From assembly GCA_027023475.1 (NCBI GenBank), contig JALVVJ010000019.1, positions 1,459 through 65,458 of the forward strand: DNA of 64,000 nt, given 5' to 3'. Source of the stretch: Flavobacteriales bacterium. GTDB lineage: Bacteria; Bacteroidota; Bacteroidia; Flavobacteriales; Flavobacteriaceae. The notes beneath the pieces were generated by a model. That model searched no databases. It was not told the DNA's origin and saw only the letters and a list, made by a program, of their open reading frames with translations. Both the position numbers and the translations under genes were made by a program. Positions 8,676 through 18,828 of the stretch are shown in pieces (positions within the stretch are counted from its first letter, which is position 1; each line of letters begins with the position of its first letter).

Positions 8676-9080
8676 CTAGCGGTCGCGTTCTTGGCAGAAC
8701 TCAATCAACACCCCACCGGTGGAAGCAGGATGCACAAATACGACCATTTTGTTGTCGGCTCCCGCCCGCGGTTCGGTATTGATCAAGCGGAATCCTTCGC
8801 TTTGCAAACGCCGGATTTCGGCCTGCAAATCCTCCGATGCAAAAGCAATATGGTGGATACCTTCACCGCGCCGTTCCACAAAACGGTCGATCACTCCACC
8901 GGCTTCCAAGGAAGCCAACAATTCGATTTTGACTCCTCCGGCATCGAAAAAGGATGTTATCACGCCTTCACTTGCCACTTCTTCGCGTTTGTAAGGGCCG
9001 TGCCCCAAAAGGGATGCCCAACGTTCCTCCGCTGCATCCAAATCGCGCACGGCAATGCCGATATGTTCGATTTTTTTCAT
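8676..9080 (-). CDS. mce: Methylmalonyl-CoA epimerase (VOC/glyoxalase fold)
   Basis: Trimmed to ATG 9080 (MKKIEHIGIAVRDLD...). EGIHHIAF and the overall length of about 134 aa are typical. Confidence 0.8.
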   Translation of the reverse strand: MKKIEHIGIAVRDLDAAEERWASLLGHGPYKREEVASEGVITSFFDAGGVKIELLASLEAGGVIDRFVERRGEGIHHIAFASEDLQAEIRRLQSEGFRLINTEPRAGADNKMVVFVHPASTGGVLIEFCQERDR

Positions 9081-9940
9081 AGATAATAAGTTTTCAAAAC
9101 ATGTTCCAAACTTTCGCGCCAAGGACGAACTTGCCAATCAAACATCCGGTGGATTTTTTCCTTACTCAATACCGAATAGGCCGGACGCTCGGCGATTTGC
9201 CGGAAAGCCGTGTGCAGAACGGGTTCCACCCGCACCGGCAAGCCGAGTATTTCCACAATGGCCCGCGCCTGGTCAAAGCGACTTACTTCACCCAGGTTGC
9301 TACAATGGAAAATCCCGTAATCGTCCGGGCGCTCACGCATCAAAAAAAGCGTAAACCGTGCCAAATCCAATGCCGACGTAGGACTTCCGATTTGGTCGTT
9401 GATAAAGCGTAAAACTGCATTTTTTCGCGCCAAATCCATCACAAGCCGGATAAAATTCCGCCCGTAGCCGCTGTAAATCCAGGCAGGACGGATAATGTAA
9501 TAACGTTCGGCATGTTGTTGGATATTTTTTTCGCCTTCCCATTTGGTCAGTCCGTAGAAATTGACGGGTGCCGGCGCATCGGTTTCGGTGTAGGGCGTTC
9601 GTTTTTTTCCGTCGAAAACATAATCGGTGGAGTAGTGAATAATCGTTGCCCCCGCCTCGCGGCTCAATTGTGCCAAGACCGCCGGCCCTACGGCATTGGT
9701 TTGCCGGGCGGACTCACGTTGCTGTTCGGCCATATCCACATGGGTAAAAGCGGCGGAGTTGATGACAAAGTCGGGGCGAAAGGATGAAAAGATTTCCTTT
9801 CCTTTTTCCGCATCGGCAATATCCCACTGCTTGTGTGAAAGGGCCAAAACTTCGGCTCCGGGCCACTCACGGGCCAAAATCTCCTGCAAAGTTTGCCCCA
9901 TTTGACCCGTTCCTCCCGTAATGAGTATACGCGTTTTCAT
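9077..9940 (-). CDS. rfbD: dTDP-4-dehydrorhamnose reductase
   Basis: N-terminal ILITGGTGQMG Rossmann motif, 287 aa, translationally coupled to rfbC (4-nt overlap). Confidence 0.85.
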   Translation of the reverse strand: MKTRILITGGTGQMGQTLQEILAREWPGAEVLALSHKQWDIADAEKGKEIFSSFRPDFVINSAAFTHVDMAEQQRESARQTNAVGPAVLAQLSREAGATIIHYSTDYVFDGKKRTPYTETDAPAPVNFYGLTKWEGEKNIQQHAERYYIIRPAWIYSGYGRNFIRLVMDLARKNAVLRFINDQIGSPTSALDLARFTLFLMRERPDDYGIFHCSNLGEVSRFDQARAIVEILGLPVRVEPVLHTAFRQIAERPAYSVLSKEKIHRMFDWQVRPWRESLEHVLKTYYL

Positions 9941-10485
9941 CCTTTCAGCGCTTGACGGAGCGGTGGCAAATGCAGGTCTTTGTCCGACAGGATAAGTTGA
10001 CCGGACGGCAGCGGGAGTTCAATCCCCACCGAAGGGTCGTCCCACCGGAATCCCGCATCGTATTCGGGGCGGTAAAAACAATCGGTTTTGTAAAAAACCT
10101 TGACCTGCGGGCTCAGGGCCAGATAACCGTGGGCAAAACCTTTGGGAATAAACAGTTGGCGTCGGTTGGCAGCACTCAGCCGCACACCATACCAGCGTCC
10201 GAAATCCGGACTTTCGGGGCGAATGTCCACGATGATGTCCAAAATTTCACCTTCCACACAACCCACCAATTTGGCCTGTGCGTAGGGCTCACGCTGAAAA
10301 TGCATACCACGAAAAACTCCGTAGGTTGAGCCCGCCAGATTATCTTGGACAAAATCCACATCCAAACCGGTGGCGGCCCGGAATTTTTCTTTATTGTAAT
10401 ACTCATAGAAAAAACCCCTGCGGTCTTCAAAAACCTGCGGTTCGAGCAAATATACGCCCCGGAAAGGTTCTTCTATGATTTTCAT
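9937..10485 (-). CDS. rfbC: dTDP-4-dehydrorhamnose 3,5-epimerase
   Basis: FEDRRGFFYEYYN..., FVQDNLAGSTYGVFRGMHFQ and KLVGCVEGEILDIIVDIR are cupin RmlC hallmarks. Confidence 0.9.
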   Translation of the reverse strand: MKIIEEPFRGVYLLEPQVFEDRRGFFYEYYNKEKFRAATGLDVDFVQDNLAGSTYGVFRGMHFQREPYAQAKLVGCVEGEILDIIVDIRPESPDFGRWYGVRLSAANRRQLFIPKGFAHGYLALSPQVKVFYKTDCFYRPEYDAGFRWDDPSVGIELPLPSGQLILSDKDLHLPPLRQALKG

Positions 10486-11564
10486 TGATCTCTTCGGTCT
10501 TGGGCTTGTTTGTATCGACGGTCTAAATAAACAATCAAATCTATCAGATAGAACAATATGACAAGCAAAAATACCATGGAAATTAAGAAACTGAACTTAT
10601 AATTCATCCAAACCGGATTGTAGGGCGGCGCAAATTCGGGAAAAGCCGAATTCATCAAAATAATTTTTTCTTTATCCACCCTGTCGGTTTTTAATTTGGT
10701 CAAATCATCAACCAATTTTTGACGCTTTTCGAATAGATCATATTTTTTTTCGGGAAAATTGATTTGAGCAGTTCCAACAATCACGCTATTTTCGGGGGTG
10801 CTCCCTTTACCGAAATTTTTGATGGCGCCGTTTATGGCCATCCGTAAACTATCCAATTGACCAATGTTCTTTTCGATGAATGCAATTCGTTCATCCATAG
10901 TTTGCAAAGCAACTTTTCGCCGGTTGACAAAGAGCGGCTCGTTGTCCAAAAGCGTTTTAAAGGTTTTGTTGAGCGGTTTGAATGCATCGGGGCGCGTAGC
11001 CGTAACCGTAACAATCAATTGCGGATAATCGAATTCTTGTTTCAGGTACGATTTCCGGTAGGACTCGAAATCTAAATTTTTCACCACCGAAGTATCTAAA
11101 AAACGCGTGTATTCATCGTAGGAACGCAAATCGATTCGTTCATTGTAATTAGGCCGTACGTCAAACGACACATAGGATTCTGCTACTGCACGACTGACCC
11201 CTAAGGCCGTGGCAAGCGTGTCGAATTTTTCGTTGGCAATCAAGCTGTTGTACATATCGATGTGGGTATAAATCTCTTTCCCACTGTCGTAATTGGGACT
11301 AATAAGAATTTCGGCCTTATATAAAGGTTGTTTAGTAGCATCGGCCCAAATACCGGCCAAAAAAGCCAACACAAGTAACGGAACAACGATTTTACGGTAA
11401 CGCTTAAAATAAACAAACGGCTTGTAAATAAGCACATTGAACAAAAAAACAAAAAAACTTTTTATGCCGTTCCAAAGTCCGGTAAAGCCCTTCCCAATCA
11501 GTTTAAAGAATTGGATAATATCAATTTCGTCGGAGGTTCGCGGTTGAAGGGGTTGTTGGTCCAT
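10482..11564 (-). CDS. Membrane protein, possibly polysaccharide chain-length-determinant (Wzz)-like
   Basis: N-terminal DEIDIIQFFKLIGKG followed by a TM segment, and a C-terminal TM (FSFLISMVFLLVILFYLI). It is coupled to rfbC. The functional assignment is weak. Confidence 0.5.
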   Translation of the reverse strand: MDQQPLQPRTSDEIDIIQFFKLIGKGFTGLWNGIKSFFVFLFNVLIYKPFVYFKRYRKIVVPLLVLAFLAGIWADATKQPLYKAEILISPNYDSGKEIYTHIDMYNSLIANEKFDTLATALGVSRAVAESYVSFDVRPNYNERIDLRSYDEYTRFLDTSVVKNLDFESYRKSYLKQEFDYPQLIVTVTATRPDAFKPLNKTFKTLLDNEPLFVNRRKVALQTMDERIAFIEKNIGQLDSLRMAINGAIKNFGKGSTPENSVIVGTAQINFPEKKYDLFEKRQKLVDDLTKLKTDRVDKEKIILMNSAFPEFAPPYNPVWMNYKFSFLISMVFLLVILFYLIDLIVYLDRRYKQAQDRRDQ

Positions 11565-11635
11565 TCTTCAATACTTTTGTGATTTTACAAATTTAATATT
11601 TTTCGCTTTATTTGTTGCTTAAACGTAGGAAGGCC

Positions 11636-12268
11636 GTGGATATTACACTTATTGAAAAATATTTTGACATTGATGCAGAACAAAAAGACAAATTCAAGGC
11701 ATTGTTTCCGGTGTTTGCCCGTTGGAACGAACGCATCAATCTGATTTCGCGTAAAGACCTGCCGCATTTTTATTTGCGCCATGTTTTGCATTCACTGGCA
11801 CCGGCTAAAATAGTGGATTTTTTACCCGGCACCCATGTACTGGATTTGGGAACCGGCGGCGGATTTCCGGGCTTGCCTTTGGCTATTATGTTCCCGCAAA
11901 CCCGCTTCCACCTGATTGACTCTATTGGCAAAAAAATCAGAGCCGTGCAAGCCATGGCCGACGAGTTGAACTTGGAAAATGTTACCACCGAACAAGTACG
12001 TGCCGAAAAACATCGCGAAAAATACGATTTTGTCCTTACCCGGGCCGTAGCGCCCTTGCCCAAATTGGTTCATTGGTCGGCCAAAAACATCCGGCCCGGC
12101 AACCGGCATCGTATTCCCAACGGACTTATTGCCCTCAAAGGCGGTGATTTGACCGCCGAAACCGCCGGATTCGACCAAATACAAATCATTCCTATTTCCC
12201 GTTTTTTTGACGAAACCTTTTTCGAGACCAAAAAAATGGTCTATCTACCTTATACGGAATTTTCGTAA
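11636..12268 (+). CDS. rsmG: 16S rRNA (guanine527-N7)-methyltransferase RsmG
   Basis: LGTGGGFPGLPLAIMFP is a SAM-binding motif. The start is uncertain, either TTG 11612 (track) or GTG 11636. There is no in-frame ATG near the N-terminus. Confidence 0.8.
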   Translation: MDITLIEKYFDIDAEQKDKFKALFPVFARWNERINLISRKDLPHFYLRHVLHSLAPAKIVDFLPGTHVLDLGTGGGFPGLPLAIMFPQTRFHLIDSIGKKIRAVQAMADELNLENVTTEQVRAEKHREKYDFVLTRAVAPLPKLVHWSAKNIRPGNRHRIPNGLIALKGGDLTAETAGFDQIQIIPISRFFDETFFETKKMVYLPYTEFS

Positions 12269-12291
12269 CTTTGGTTACTAAATTTAATAAC

Positions 12292-12789
12292 ATGACACAA
12301 GTAAACTTTAAAGGTCAAGCCGTTCGTTTGGCCAGGAATATGCCCGCTGTTGGAAGTCCGGCACCCGAATTTTTGCTTACCGGAACCGATTTGCAGGACA
12401 AAAAGTTGAGCGATTTCCGCGGTTCAACGCTTATCCTTAATGTTTTTCCCAGTTTGGATACGCCGGTCTGTGCCGCTTCGGTGCGCCGTTTCAATACTTT
12501 GGCCTCGGGCATGGATAATGTGAAAGTCTTGGCCATTTCGCGTGACTTGCCCTTTGCCCATGCCCGTTTTTGTTCCACCGAAGGCATTGAAAACGTGATT
12601 AATCTTTCGGATTACAAGACCTGTAATTTCGGCAAGGACTATGGCTTGGAAATTACCGAAGGACCTTTGGAAAAACTACTGGCTCGCGCCGTATTTATTA
12701 TCGACCCGCAGGGCAAAATTACTTACGTCCAATTGGTTCCCGAAATTACCGAAGAACCCGACTACGAAGATGTATTGAAACATTTGTAG
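12292..12789 (+). CDS. tpx: Thiol peroxidase (Tpx-type peroxiredoxin)
   Basis: Trimmed to ATG 12292 (MTQVNFKGQAV...). FPSLDTPVCAASVRRFN contains the peroxidatic Cys context of Tpx. Confidence 0.85.
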   Translation: MTQVNFKGQAVRLARNMPAVGSPAPEFLLTGTDLQDKKLSDFRGSTLILNVFPSLDTPVCAASVRRFNTLASGMDNVKVLAISRDLPFAHARFCSTEGIENVINLSDYKTCNFGKDYGLEITEGPLEKLLARAVFIIDPQGKITYVQLVPEITEEPDYEDVLKHL

Positions 12790-12828
12790 GATTTCCTTAC
12801 ATTTAGGTGGGAATAAAAAATCGGAATC

Positions 12829-13431
12829 ATGCGTTTGATGATCATAGCAGGCGGGATGCGTCATCCGTCGGGTAGCGGACGTGCCGCGGCATTTATACGT
12901 CAAAAAGCCGGAAAACTAAGTTTATTCGACCCAATCGACCTGCTGGATTTGGGGCAAAATCCCTTGCCGCTATGGGACGAAGGTGTTTGGCAAGGCGAAG
13001 AAAAATGGAGACAAATACTCACACCCCTGCGCGAACGTATGCAAGCGGCCGATGCCTATGTGCTCGTGTCGCCCGAGTACAACGGCATGGCTTCGCCGGC
13101 ATTGAAAAACCTGAGCTTGTTTTTCGACGAAAGAACCACCGGACACAAACCCGCTCTTATCGTTGCCGTAACTTCCGAAGCCCACAACGGCCAATATCCC
13201 GTGGCCGACTTGCGCGCCTTCGGCGCCAAAAATACCAAGTGGGTGTTTATTCCCGACCATCTAATTTACCGCAATATCGGACGGTTGATTAGCGAAAACC
13301 TACAAATGACCGATGCTTTGCTCGAAGAACAAACCTTGTTCAGCTTGCGGGAATTACGGCTATATGCCGAAGCGATGAAGGAAGTGCAAAACCGGCACAG
13401 ATTCCGTCCCGAATTCAAATATGCTCCCTAA
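12829..13431 (+). CDS. NADPH-dependent FMN reductase family protein
   Basis: The SPEYNGMASPALKN motif and flavodoxin-like length. The family is recalled, not searched. Confidence 0.7.
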   Translation: MRLMIIAGGMRHPSGSGRAAAFIRQKAGKLSLFDPIDLLDLGQNPLPLWDEGVWQGEEKWRQILTPLRERMQAADAYVLVSPEYNGMASPALKNLSLFFDERTTGHKPALIVAVTSEAHNGQYPVADLRAFGAKNTKWVFIPDHLIYRNIGRLISENLQMTDALLEEQTLFSLRELRLYAEAMKEVQNRHRFRPEFKYAP

Positions 13432-13432
13432 A

Positions 13433-14389
13433 TCAGAAACTGAGTTCCGCTTCGGGATAAAGATTTTTTTGCAAGCCCGAGAGCATGGCGCGCACCATAG
13501 CATCCAAATCGTAGCGGTGTTGCCACTGCCAATCCCTGCGGGCGGCACTGTCGTCGATGCTATCGGGCCAAGTGCGGGCAATATCCTCACGGAAATCGGG
13601 TGCATAATCCACTTGAAAGTCCGGCACATAGCGCCGGATGGCCGCTTCCAATTCGCGCGGCGTAAAACTGACGGCCGCCAAATTGTAGGACGAACGGATA
13701 TTTAAGCCGGCGGCCGGTGCATCCATCAGTCGCACCGTGGCATCGATGGCATCGTCGATATACATCATGGGCAAACGTTCATCAGGCGCGATATAGCAAG
13801 TATAGGGTTCACCGCGCAGGGCGTAATGAAACATTTCCACGGCATAATCGGTGGTGCCTCCGCCCGGCCGGGTTTTCCAACTGATGATGCCCGGATATCG
13901 CACACTACGCACATCCAAGCCGTATTTTTCGTAGTAATATTCCATCCAGCGTTCGCCGGCCAGTTTACTGATGCCATACACCGTATCCGGGTCCATCACC
14001 GTGTATTGCGGCGTGTTTTCCTTGGGCGTATGCGGACCGAAAACCGCAATGGAACTGGGCCAAAATAATTTGTGGTACAATCCTTCGCGACCCAATTCCA
14101 ACAAGTTGTGCAAAATACGCATATTCACATGCCATGCCTTTCGCGGCATCTGTTCGGCACGGGCCGAAAGGATGGCGGCCATCAGGTAAACATCATCGAT
14201 GCGGTAACGTTCAAACACGGCACGCAATGCATCCGTATCCGTTGCATCCAAAAGGACAAACTGCTTGTCGGCCTCATCTTTACGGACAATATCCGCTGCC
14301 AGAACTTGTTCATACCCAAAACGTTTTTCCAAAAGCTGCCGCAATTCCGTTCCGATTTGTCCGTTGGAACCGATGATGAACTTTTTCAT
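13433..14389 (-). CDS. NAD-dependent epimerase/dehydratase family protein (L-threonine 3-dehydrogenase-like SDR)
   Basis: N-terminal IIGSNGQIG Rossmann motif, 318 aa, extended-SDR pattern. Confidence 0.7.
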   Translation of the reverse strand: MKKFIIGSNGQIGTELRQLLEKRFGYEQVLAADIVRKDEADKQFVLLDATDTDALRAVFERYRIDDVYLMAAILSARAEQMPRKAWHVNMRILHNLLELGREGLYHKLFWPSSIAVFGPHTPKENTPQYTVMDPDTVYGISKLAGERWMEYYYEKYGLDVRSVRYPGIISWKTRPGGGTTDYAVEMFHYALRGEPYTCYIAPDERLPMMYIDDAIDATVRLMDAPAAGLNIRSSYNLAAVSFTPRELEAAIRRYVPDFQVDYAPDFREDIARTWPDSIDDSAARRDWQWQHRYDLDAMVRAMLSGLQKNLYPEAELSF

Positions 14390-14512
14390 ACCTGCATTTT
14401 ACGGCCCTAAAATACAACTTTCGCCTCGAATAAATCCGCCAAAGGTCAATTTTTGGTGGATGTTCCGAAAACCTGTGGGCACCCTGAAAATCAGAATAAA
14501 CAACCGCCCGAA

Positions 14513-15589
14513 TTAAACCTCGATGTCCTGGGCTTTGAGTTTTTCGGTGTTGTCGGCAATGCGCAGCGCTTCGATAATTTTGTCCAAATCGCCGTTAAGG
14601 ATATTCTGCAAGTCGTAGAGTGTCAATCCAATACGATGGTCGGTAACGCGGCCTTGCGGAAAATTGTAGGTGCGGATTTTGGCCGAACGGTCGCCACTGC
14701 TCACCATGGAACGGCGTTTTTGGGCCTCGGCCTCCTTGCGTTTGCGTAATTCCATTTCGTAGAGCCGTGAACGCAACACGCGCAGGGCTTTTTCGAAATT
14801 TTTGTGTTGGGATTTTTGGTCCTGGCATTGGGCGGTGATACCCGTGGGAATGTGTGTGAGCCGTACCGCCGAATAGGTGGTGTTCACCGACTGTCCACCC
14901 GGGCCGGACGACATGAACAAGTCCTTGCGGATGTCCTTCATGTTGATTTCCACGTCGAACTCCTCGGCCTCGGGGAGCACCATCACCGTGGCGGCGGAAG
15001 TGTGCACGCGACCCTGAGTTTCGGTTTGCGGAACGCGCTGAACACGATGCACGCCGGCCTCGTATTTCAGGGTGCCGTAAACATCGGTGCCCGAAATGTT
15101 GAAAATAATTTCCTTGAAACCGCCTGCGGGGCCTTCGTTGTAATCCACAATTTCGGTTTTCCACCCCTTTTTTTCGGCATATTTGGTGTACATACGAAAC
15201 AGGTCGCCGGCAAACAGGGCGGCTTCGTCGCCACCGGTACCGGCGCGTATTTCCACCACGGCATTCTTGGCATCCTCGGGGTCTTTGGGAATGAGCAACA
15301 GCTTAATTTCCTCGGCGGTTTTTTCCAGTTGCGGTTCCAAATCGGCCAGCTCCTCTTTGGCCATTTCCACCAATTCCTTGTCGGCTTCGGTGCGCAAAAC
15401 TTCTTTGGCCTCGTCCATCCGCGCGGCAAGTAATTCGTAGGCCTCGATTTTTTCTACCAGCGGTTTGAGTTCTTTATATTCCTTGCTGATTTTGACATAC
15501 TGCTTTTGGTCGGCCATAACAGCCGGATCCGCCAGTTTGTCGGAAATATCGCGAAAGCGTTGTTTGATAAGGGGAAATTTATCCTTCAT
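14513..15589 (-). CDS. prfA: Peptide chain release factor 1
   Basis: [10 protein letters not shown] (GGQ) and the [14 protein letters not shown] region (RF1-type tripeptide context). Trimmed to ATG 15589, because a terminator hairpin occupies 15623..15645. Confidence 0.9.
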   Translation of the reverse strand: MKDKFPLIKQRFRDISDKLADPAVMADQKQYVKISKEYKELKPLVEKIEAYELLAARMDEAKEVLRTEADKELVEMAKEELADLEPQLEKTAEEIKLLLIPKDPEDAKNAVVEIRAGTGGDEAALFAGDLFRMYTKYAEKKGWKTEIVDYNEGPAGGFKEIIFNISGTDVYGTLKYEAGVHRVQRVPQTETQGRVHTSAATVMVLPEAEEFDVEINMKDIRKDLFMSSGPGGQSVNTTYSAVRLTHIPTGITAQCQDQKSQHKNFEKALRVLRSRLYEMELRKRKEAEAQKRRSMVSSGDRSAKIRTYNFPQGRVTDHRIGLTLYDLQNILNGDLDKIIEALRIADNTEKLKAQDIEV

Positions 15590-15616
15590 TCCCGGGAAGA
15601 TTATGTGCAAAAGTAA

Positions 15617-15645
15617 CAAAAAAGCCGCAGCCCGGGGCTGCGGCT
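15617..15645 (-). terminator. Intrinsic terminator after gldN
   Basis: Minus strand reads AGCCGCAGC-CCCGG-GCTGCGGCT (9-bp stem) followed by TTTTTTG. It lies between the gldN stop (15668) and the prfA start. Confidence 0.7.
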
Positions 15646-15667
15646 TGGGATATGATTACAGGTTGTG

Positions 15668-16555
15668 TTAGTAATTCCACTGGTCTTCCTCGTAATCGCG
15701 AATCATTTCCTTGATGCGGTTGGATTCGAGGAGTTGACGCAAAGCGTTTTCATGAATATATTCACGTATGCTGCGGTCGCCGTATTCGTTACTTGTTTTG
15801 TAGATAATCGTATTGAAAAAGCGTCCGTTGAGCAAGTGGTCGTAGTTCATGGGGCGTGCCGCATTGCGCGGATTGTAGGCATAGTAGTTATGCAGGGTTT
15901 CGCGCGCATCGGGGAAAAACACCCAAAACAGTTCCACCAACTCGGCATCCATACCGGCAGCCACCGAAGCCAAGTCGTAGGCCACGGGCGCAATACCGAT
16001 AAGCCGGTAGCGCAATTCACCATAACGGGCATCGAAGTACCATACGCCGCGAACATGGTATTCTTCGATTTCGGCCGAAGTGATTTTCATCCGGCGAATA
16101 TATTGCTCGTCCACCTTGCCCTCGTAGTTATACTGCTCTATACCGGCGTCCATGGTGTCGGTAAAGGTCATACGCTCTTTGAGCATATCAGGCGTGAGCT
16201 TTTCGGTAAAATAGGTATCGGCATAAACCTCGGTGATTTTACCCGAATTGATACCCGACATTAGGGCATCGAACAGGGAAACCTGACCGGGCGTGGCCAA
16301 TGCCGTGTCCACCGGATAGTAAAGACGCAAATTGAAGCGTTCGTCCAGGTCGATTTTTTCCCATACCTGAATGCTCCACAACACGTCTTTGTCGTCCGTA
16401 AACGGATAGGGTAACGGACGGGAATGATCTTCCTTGATTTGCTGCGGCGTAGGGCGACCGATTTCTTGCGGCGTGTGCGCATTGAGAATATTGCTCTGCG
16501 CACTACCGATCACCGGCAACAGCATGAGGAAAACCAAAACAAACAACCTTTTCAT
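15668..16555 (-). CDS. gldN: Gliding motility / T9SS protein GldN (PorN)
   Basis: Signal peptide MKRLFVLVFLMLLPVIGSAQ. The sequence and its position directly after gldM match Bacteroidota gldKLMN operons. Confidence 0.85.
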   Translation of the reverse strand: MKRLFVLVFLMLLPVIGSAQSNILNAHTPQEIGRPTPQQIKEDHSRPLPYPFTDDKDVLWSIQVWEKIDLDERFNLRLYYPVDTALATPGQVSLFDALMSGINSGKITEVYADTYFTEKLTPDMLKERMTFTDTMDAGIEQYNYEGKVDEQYIRRMKITSAEIEEYHVRGVWYFDARYGELRYRLIGIAPVAYDLASVAAGMDAELVELFWVFFPDARETLHNYYAYNPRNAARPMNYDHLLNGRFFNTIIYKTSNEYGDRSIREYIHENALRQLLESNRIKEMIRDYEEDQWNY

Positions 16556-16576
16556 AACAACCTGTATTTAACTGAT

Positions 16577-18139
16577 TTAATTTGTGATTTCTACAATAAC
16601 CGGAGAGGTTTTTTGCAGGCGATAACTACTGTTACCCAACAACTTGGCTTTGATGTTGAAAATCTGAACGGTTTGGCCTTTACGTACACGGCGGAGTGCG
16701 CTCTTGGCACGTTGATTCAGCCGCGTTCCGTTCACATGAATGGTTGGTTGGCCGGGAGCTTTGAAATCAAAGCTGGTAACCGCCAGTTTTACATCAAAAT
16801 CAAAGTCGGGCAATTTTGCACCTACGGTTCCGATTTCGATATTGCGTTTAGGCAATTTTACATAACCATCCTGTCCGCTGATGGTCCCCACGGGTGGAGG
16901 AATGTTTTTCACCCGGAAGGTTTTTTTATCGGACTTGGTTTGTCCGTTGGGTAATTTCCACGAAACTTTAATATCAATGGTGCGGCCTTTATAGTTGGTT
17001 ACATTGACCACATATTTTCCGGCTTTGATTTTACGCAATCCGGGAGCCGATACATTGACTTTGTTGTCAGGAATACCCGGAACGGAAATGGAAAGCGGGT
17101 TATCCACGCCCTTGTAAACCACGTTCATTTTATCGGCCGAAATAACCGCCGAATTGGGCATGGGAATAACCGAATAGGTATATTCAAACGGCAACTTCAC
17201 CAGCGAATCGCCTTCTTTGAATTCCAAATATCCTTTCAAGTCCTTGTCGCCCGGATTACCGGCCGGAAGATCAACAAACACTTGGCCGTTTTGCAATTGT
17301 TCGGCAGGGACTTCCTTACCGTTGATAACGGCTTTTTCAAAGGTCATGGTTTGGTCGTAACGACCCAGTACCACTTTACCTTTTACGCGTTCGCTGGGGA
17401 AAAATGCGCTTTTGTCCAAAAGCACCAATGCTTGGTAGTTTTTGAACGACACATCGCTTTTCAACTGTCCTTGGAACATGGAGGAGAGCAATTCGTTTTC
17501 GCTATTGACGGCATTGCTTTCCAACCGGGCCATATTGGTAAGCGAAGCAATGGCCGGAAAGTCTTCGAAAGTATAATGCATCCAATCCACTTTTCCGGCG
17601 GCTTTACCTACTTTTACCGGCTCGGTATTGAATCGTTTTTGAATACGTTTTACGGCTGTTTCGTCGCCATATTTTTGTGCGTATTCCAAAAGCGACTTTT
17701 TGTATTGATTCACCTTGTCCAGAAATTCTTTTCCGGTTTTGGTCAATCCTTCACCTTTAAAAAATATTTCGTCCAGTATAAAACCTTTATCCAAACTTTC
17801 ATAATCGGGTTTGGCCGGATCTTGCTTATATTTTTTAAACAGGTCTTTTTCGAACTTATCCAGGTAGGATTGGAACTCCACGGTCAGTTTGTCCAAACTT
17901 TGTGCATCTTTGAATTTGGCGGCATATTTTTCGGGCTGTTCTTGTGCCTTGGCCGACAATTCATTGAGCAATTGGGCATTCTTTTGCTTGGTCAGTTCCA
18001 CACCTGATTTCAAATCTTCATATACACGTCCGAAAGAAGTCAATACCTTTTTGGACATGGTCAGGGCCAACATGGCGATGAAGACCAAGTACATCAGGTT
18101 GATCATCTTCTGACGTGGGGAGAGTTTTCCGCTTGCCAT
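16577..18139 (-). CDS. gldM: Gliding motility / T9SS protein GldM (PorM)
   Basis: The N-terminus MASGKLSPRQKMINLMYLVFIAMLAL (single TM) is characteristic of GldM. 520 aa, between gldL and gldN. Confidence 0.9.
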   Translation of the reverse strand: MASGKLSPRQKMINLMYLVFIAMLALTMSKKVLTSFGRVYEDLKSGVELTKQKNAQLLNELSAKAQEQPEKYAAKFKDAQSLDKLTVEFQSYLDKFEKDLFKKYKQDPAKPDYESLDKGFILDEIFFKGEGLTKTGKEFLDKVNQYKKSLLEYAQKYGDETAVKRIQKRFNTEPVKVGKAAGKVDWMHYTFEDFPAIASLTNMARLESNAVNSENELLSSMFQGQLKSDVSFKNYQALVLLDKSAFFPSERVKGKVVLGRYDQTMTFEKAVINGKEVPAEQLQNGQVFVDLPAGNPGDKDLKGYLEFKEGDSLVKLPFEYTYSVIPMPNSAVISADKMNVVYKGVDNPLSISVPGIPDNKVNVSAPGLRKIKAGKYVVNVTNYKGRTIDIKVSWKLPNGQTKSDKKTFRVKNIPPPVGTISGQDGYVKLPKRNIEIGTVGAKLPDFDFDVKLAVTSFDFKAPGQPTIHVNGTRLNQRAKSALRRVRKGQTVQIFNIKAKLLGNSSYRLQKTSPVIVEITN

Positions 18140-18170
18140 AACAACGAGTTTTTAAAGGATTAAACAAAAA

Positions 18171-18782
18171 TTACTTGCCCATGGCGGACAACATACCTTG
18201 ATAAACTTGGTTGAGTTTGGCAAGATTCTCGTTGAGTTCGGCCATTTTGTGTTGGAGTTCTTCGGCATGCAAAGCCATTTCCTGGTTGGCTTTGGAACTT
18301 TTGTCCACGGATTCCAATTCGGAACGCAGTACTTGGTTCAATCCTTCCAAATGGGCCGACGCTTCGAGCATTTCTTCGTTGAATCGCTGGGTGGAACCGG
18401 CGGCATCCACCACCACATCCAAACCTTTGGCGGCTTCGGCAAATTTGTTCAAGCTCACGCCCAAACGATTCATCAAATCGGCGTCCACTTTGGCTTCTTG
18501 GAGCATTTTATCCAATTTTTCGGACAATTTGGCTTCCAATTGATTGCCCGACAAGCTACTTTTCTTGATTTCGTTGTAGAGCAATGACCAATCGAATTCA
18601 TCTTCGATGGGCTCGAAGGCCGAAATAGCGAACACAATAGCTTCAACAATCATACCGATGGCCAAAATAAAGGTTCCATGGGGCCAGTGGGCGATTTTAA
18701 ACAAAGCACCGATAATTACTACGGACGCACCAAGTCCGTAAACCATTTGAAAGAACTTTTTTCTACCTTTTGAAGTTGCCAT
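18171..18782 (-). CDS. gldL: Gliding motility / T9SS protein GldL (PorL)
   Basis: Two N-terminal TM helices (VYGLGASVVIIGALFKIAHWP, FILAIGMIVEAIVFAISAF) followed by a helical tail. Sits between gldK and gldM. Confidence 0.9.
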   Translation of the reverse strand: MATSKGRKKFFQMVYGLGASVVIIGALFKIAHWPHGTFILAIGMIVEAIVFAISAFEPIEDEFDWSLLYNEIKKSSLSGNQLEAKLSEKLDKMLQEAKVDADLMNRLGVSLNKFAEAAKGLDVVVDAAGSTQRFNEEMLEASAHLEGLNQVLRSELESVDKSSKANQEMALHAEELQHKMAELNENLAKLNQVYQGMLSAMGK

Positions 18783-18828
18783 ATCTTTTCGTTTTTTAGG
18801 TTATTCTGGTTAATAGGGTTACAAATTA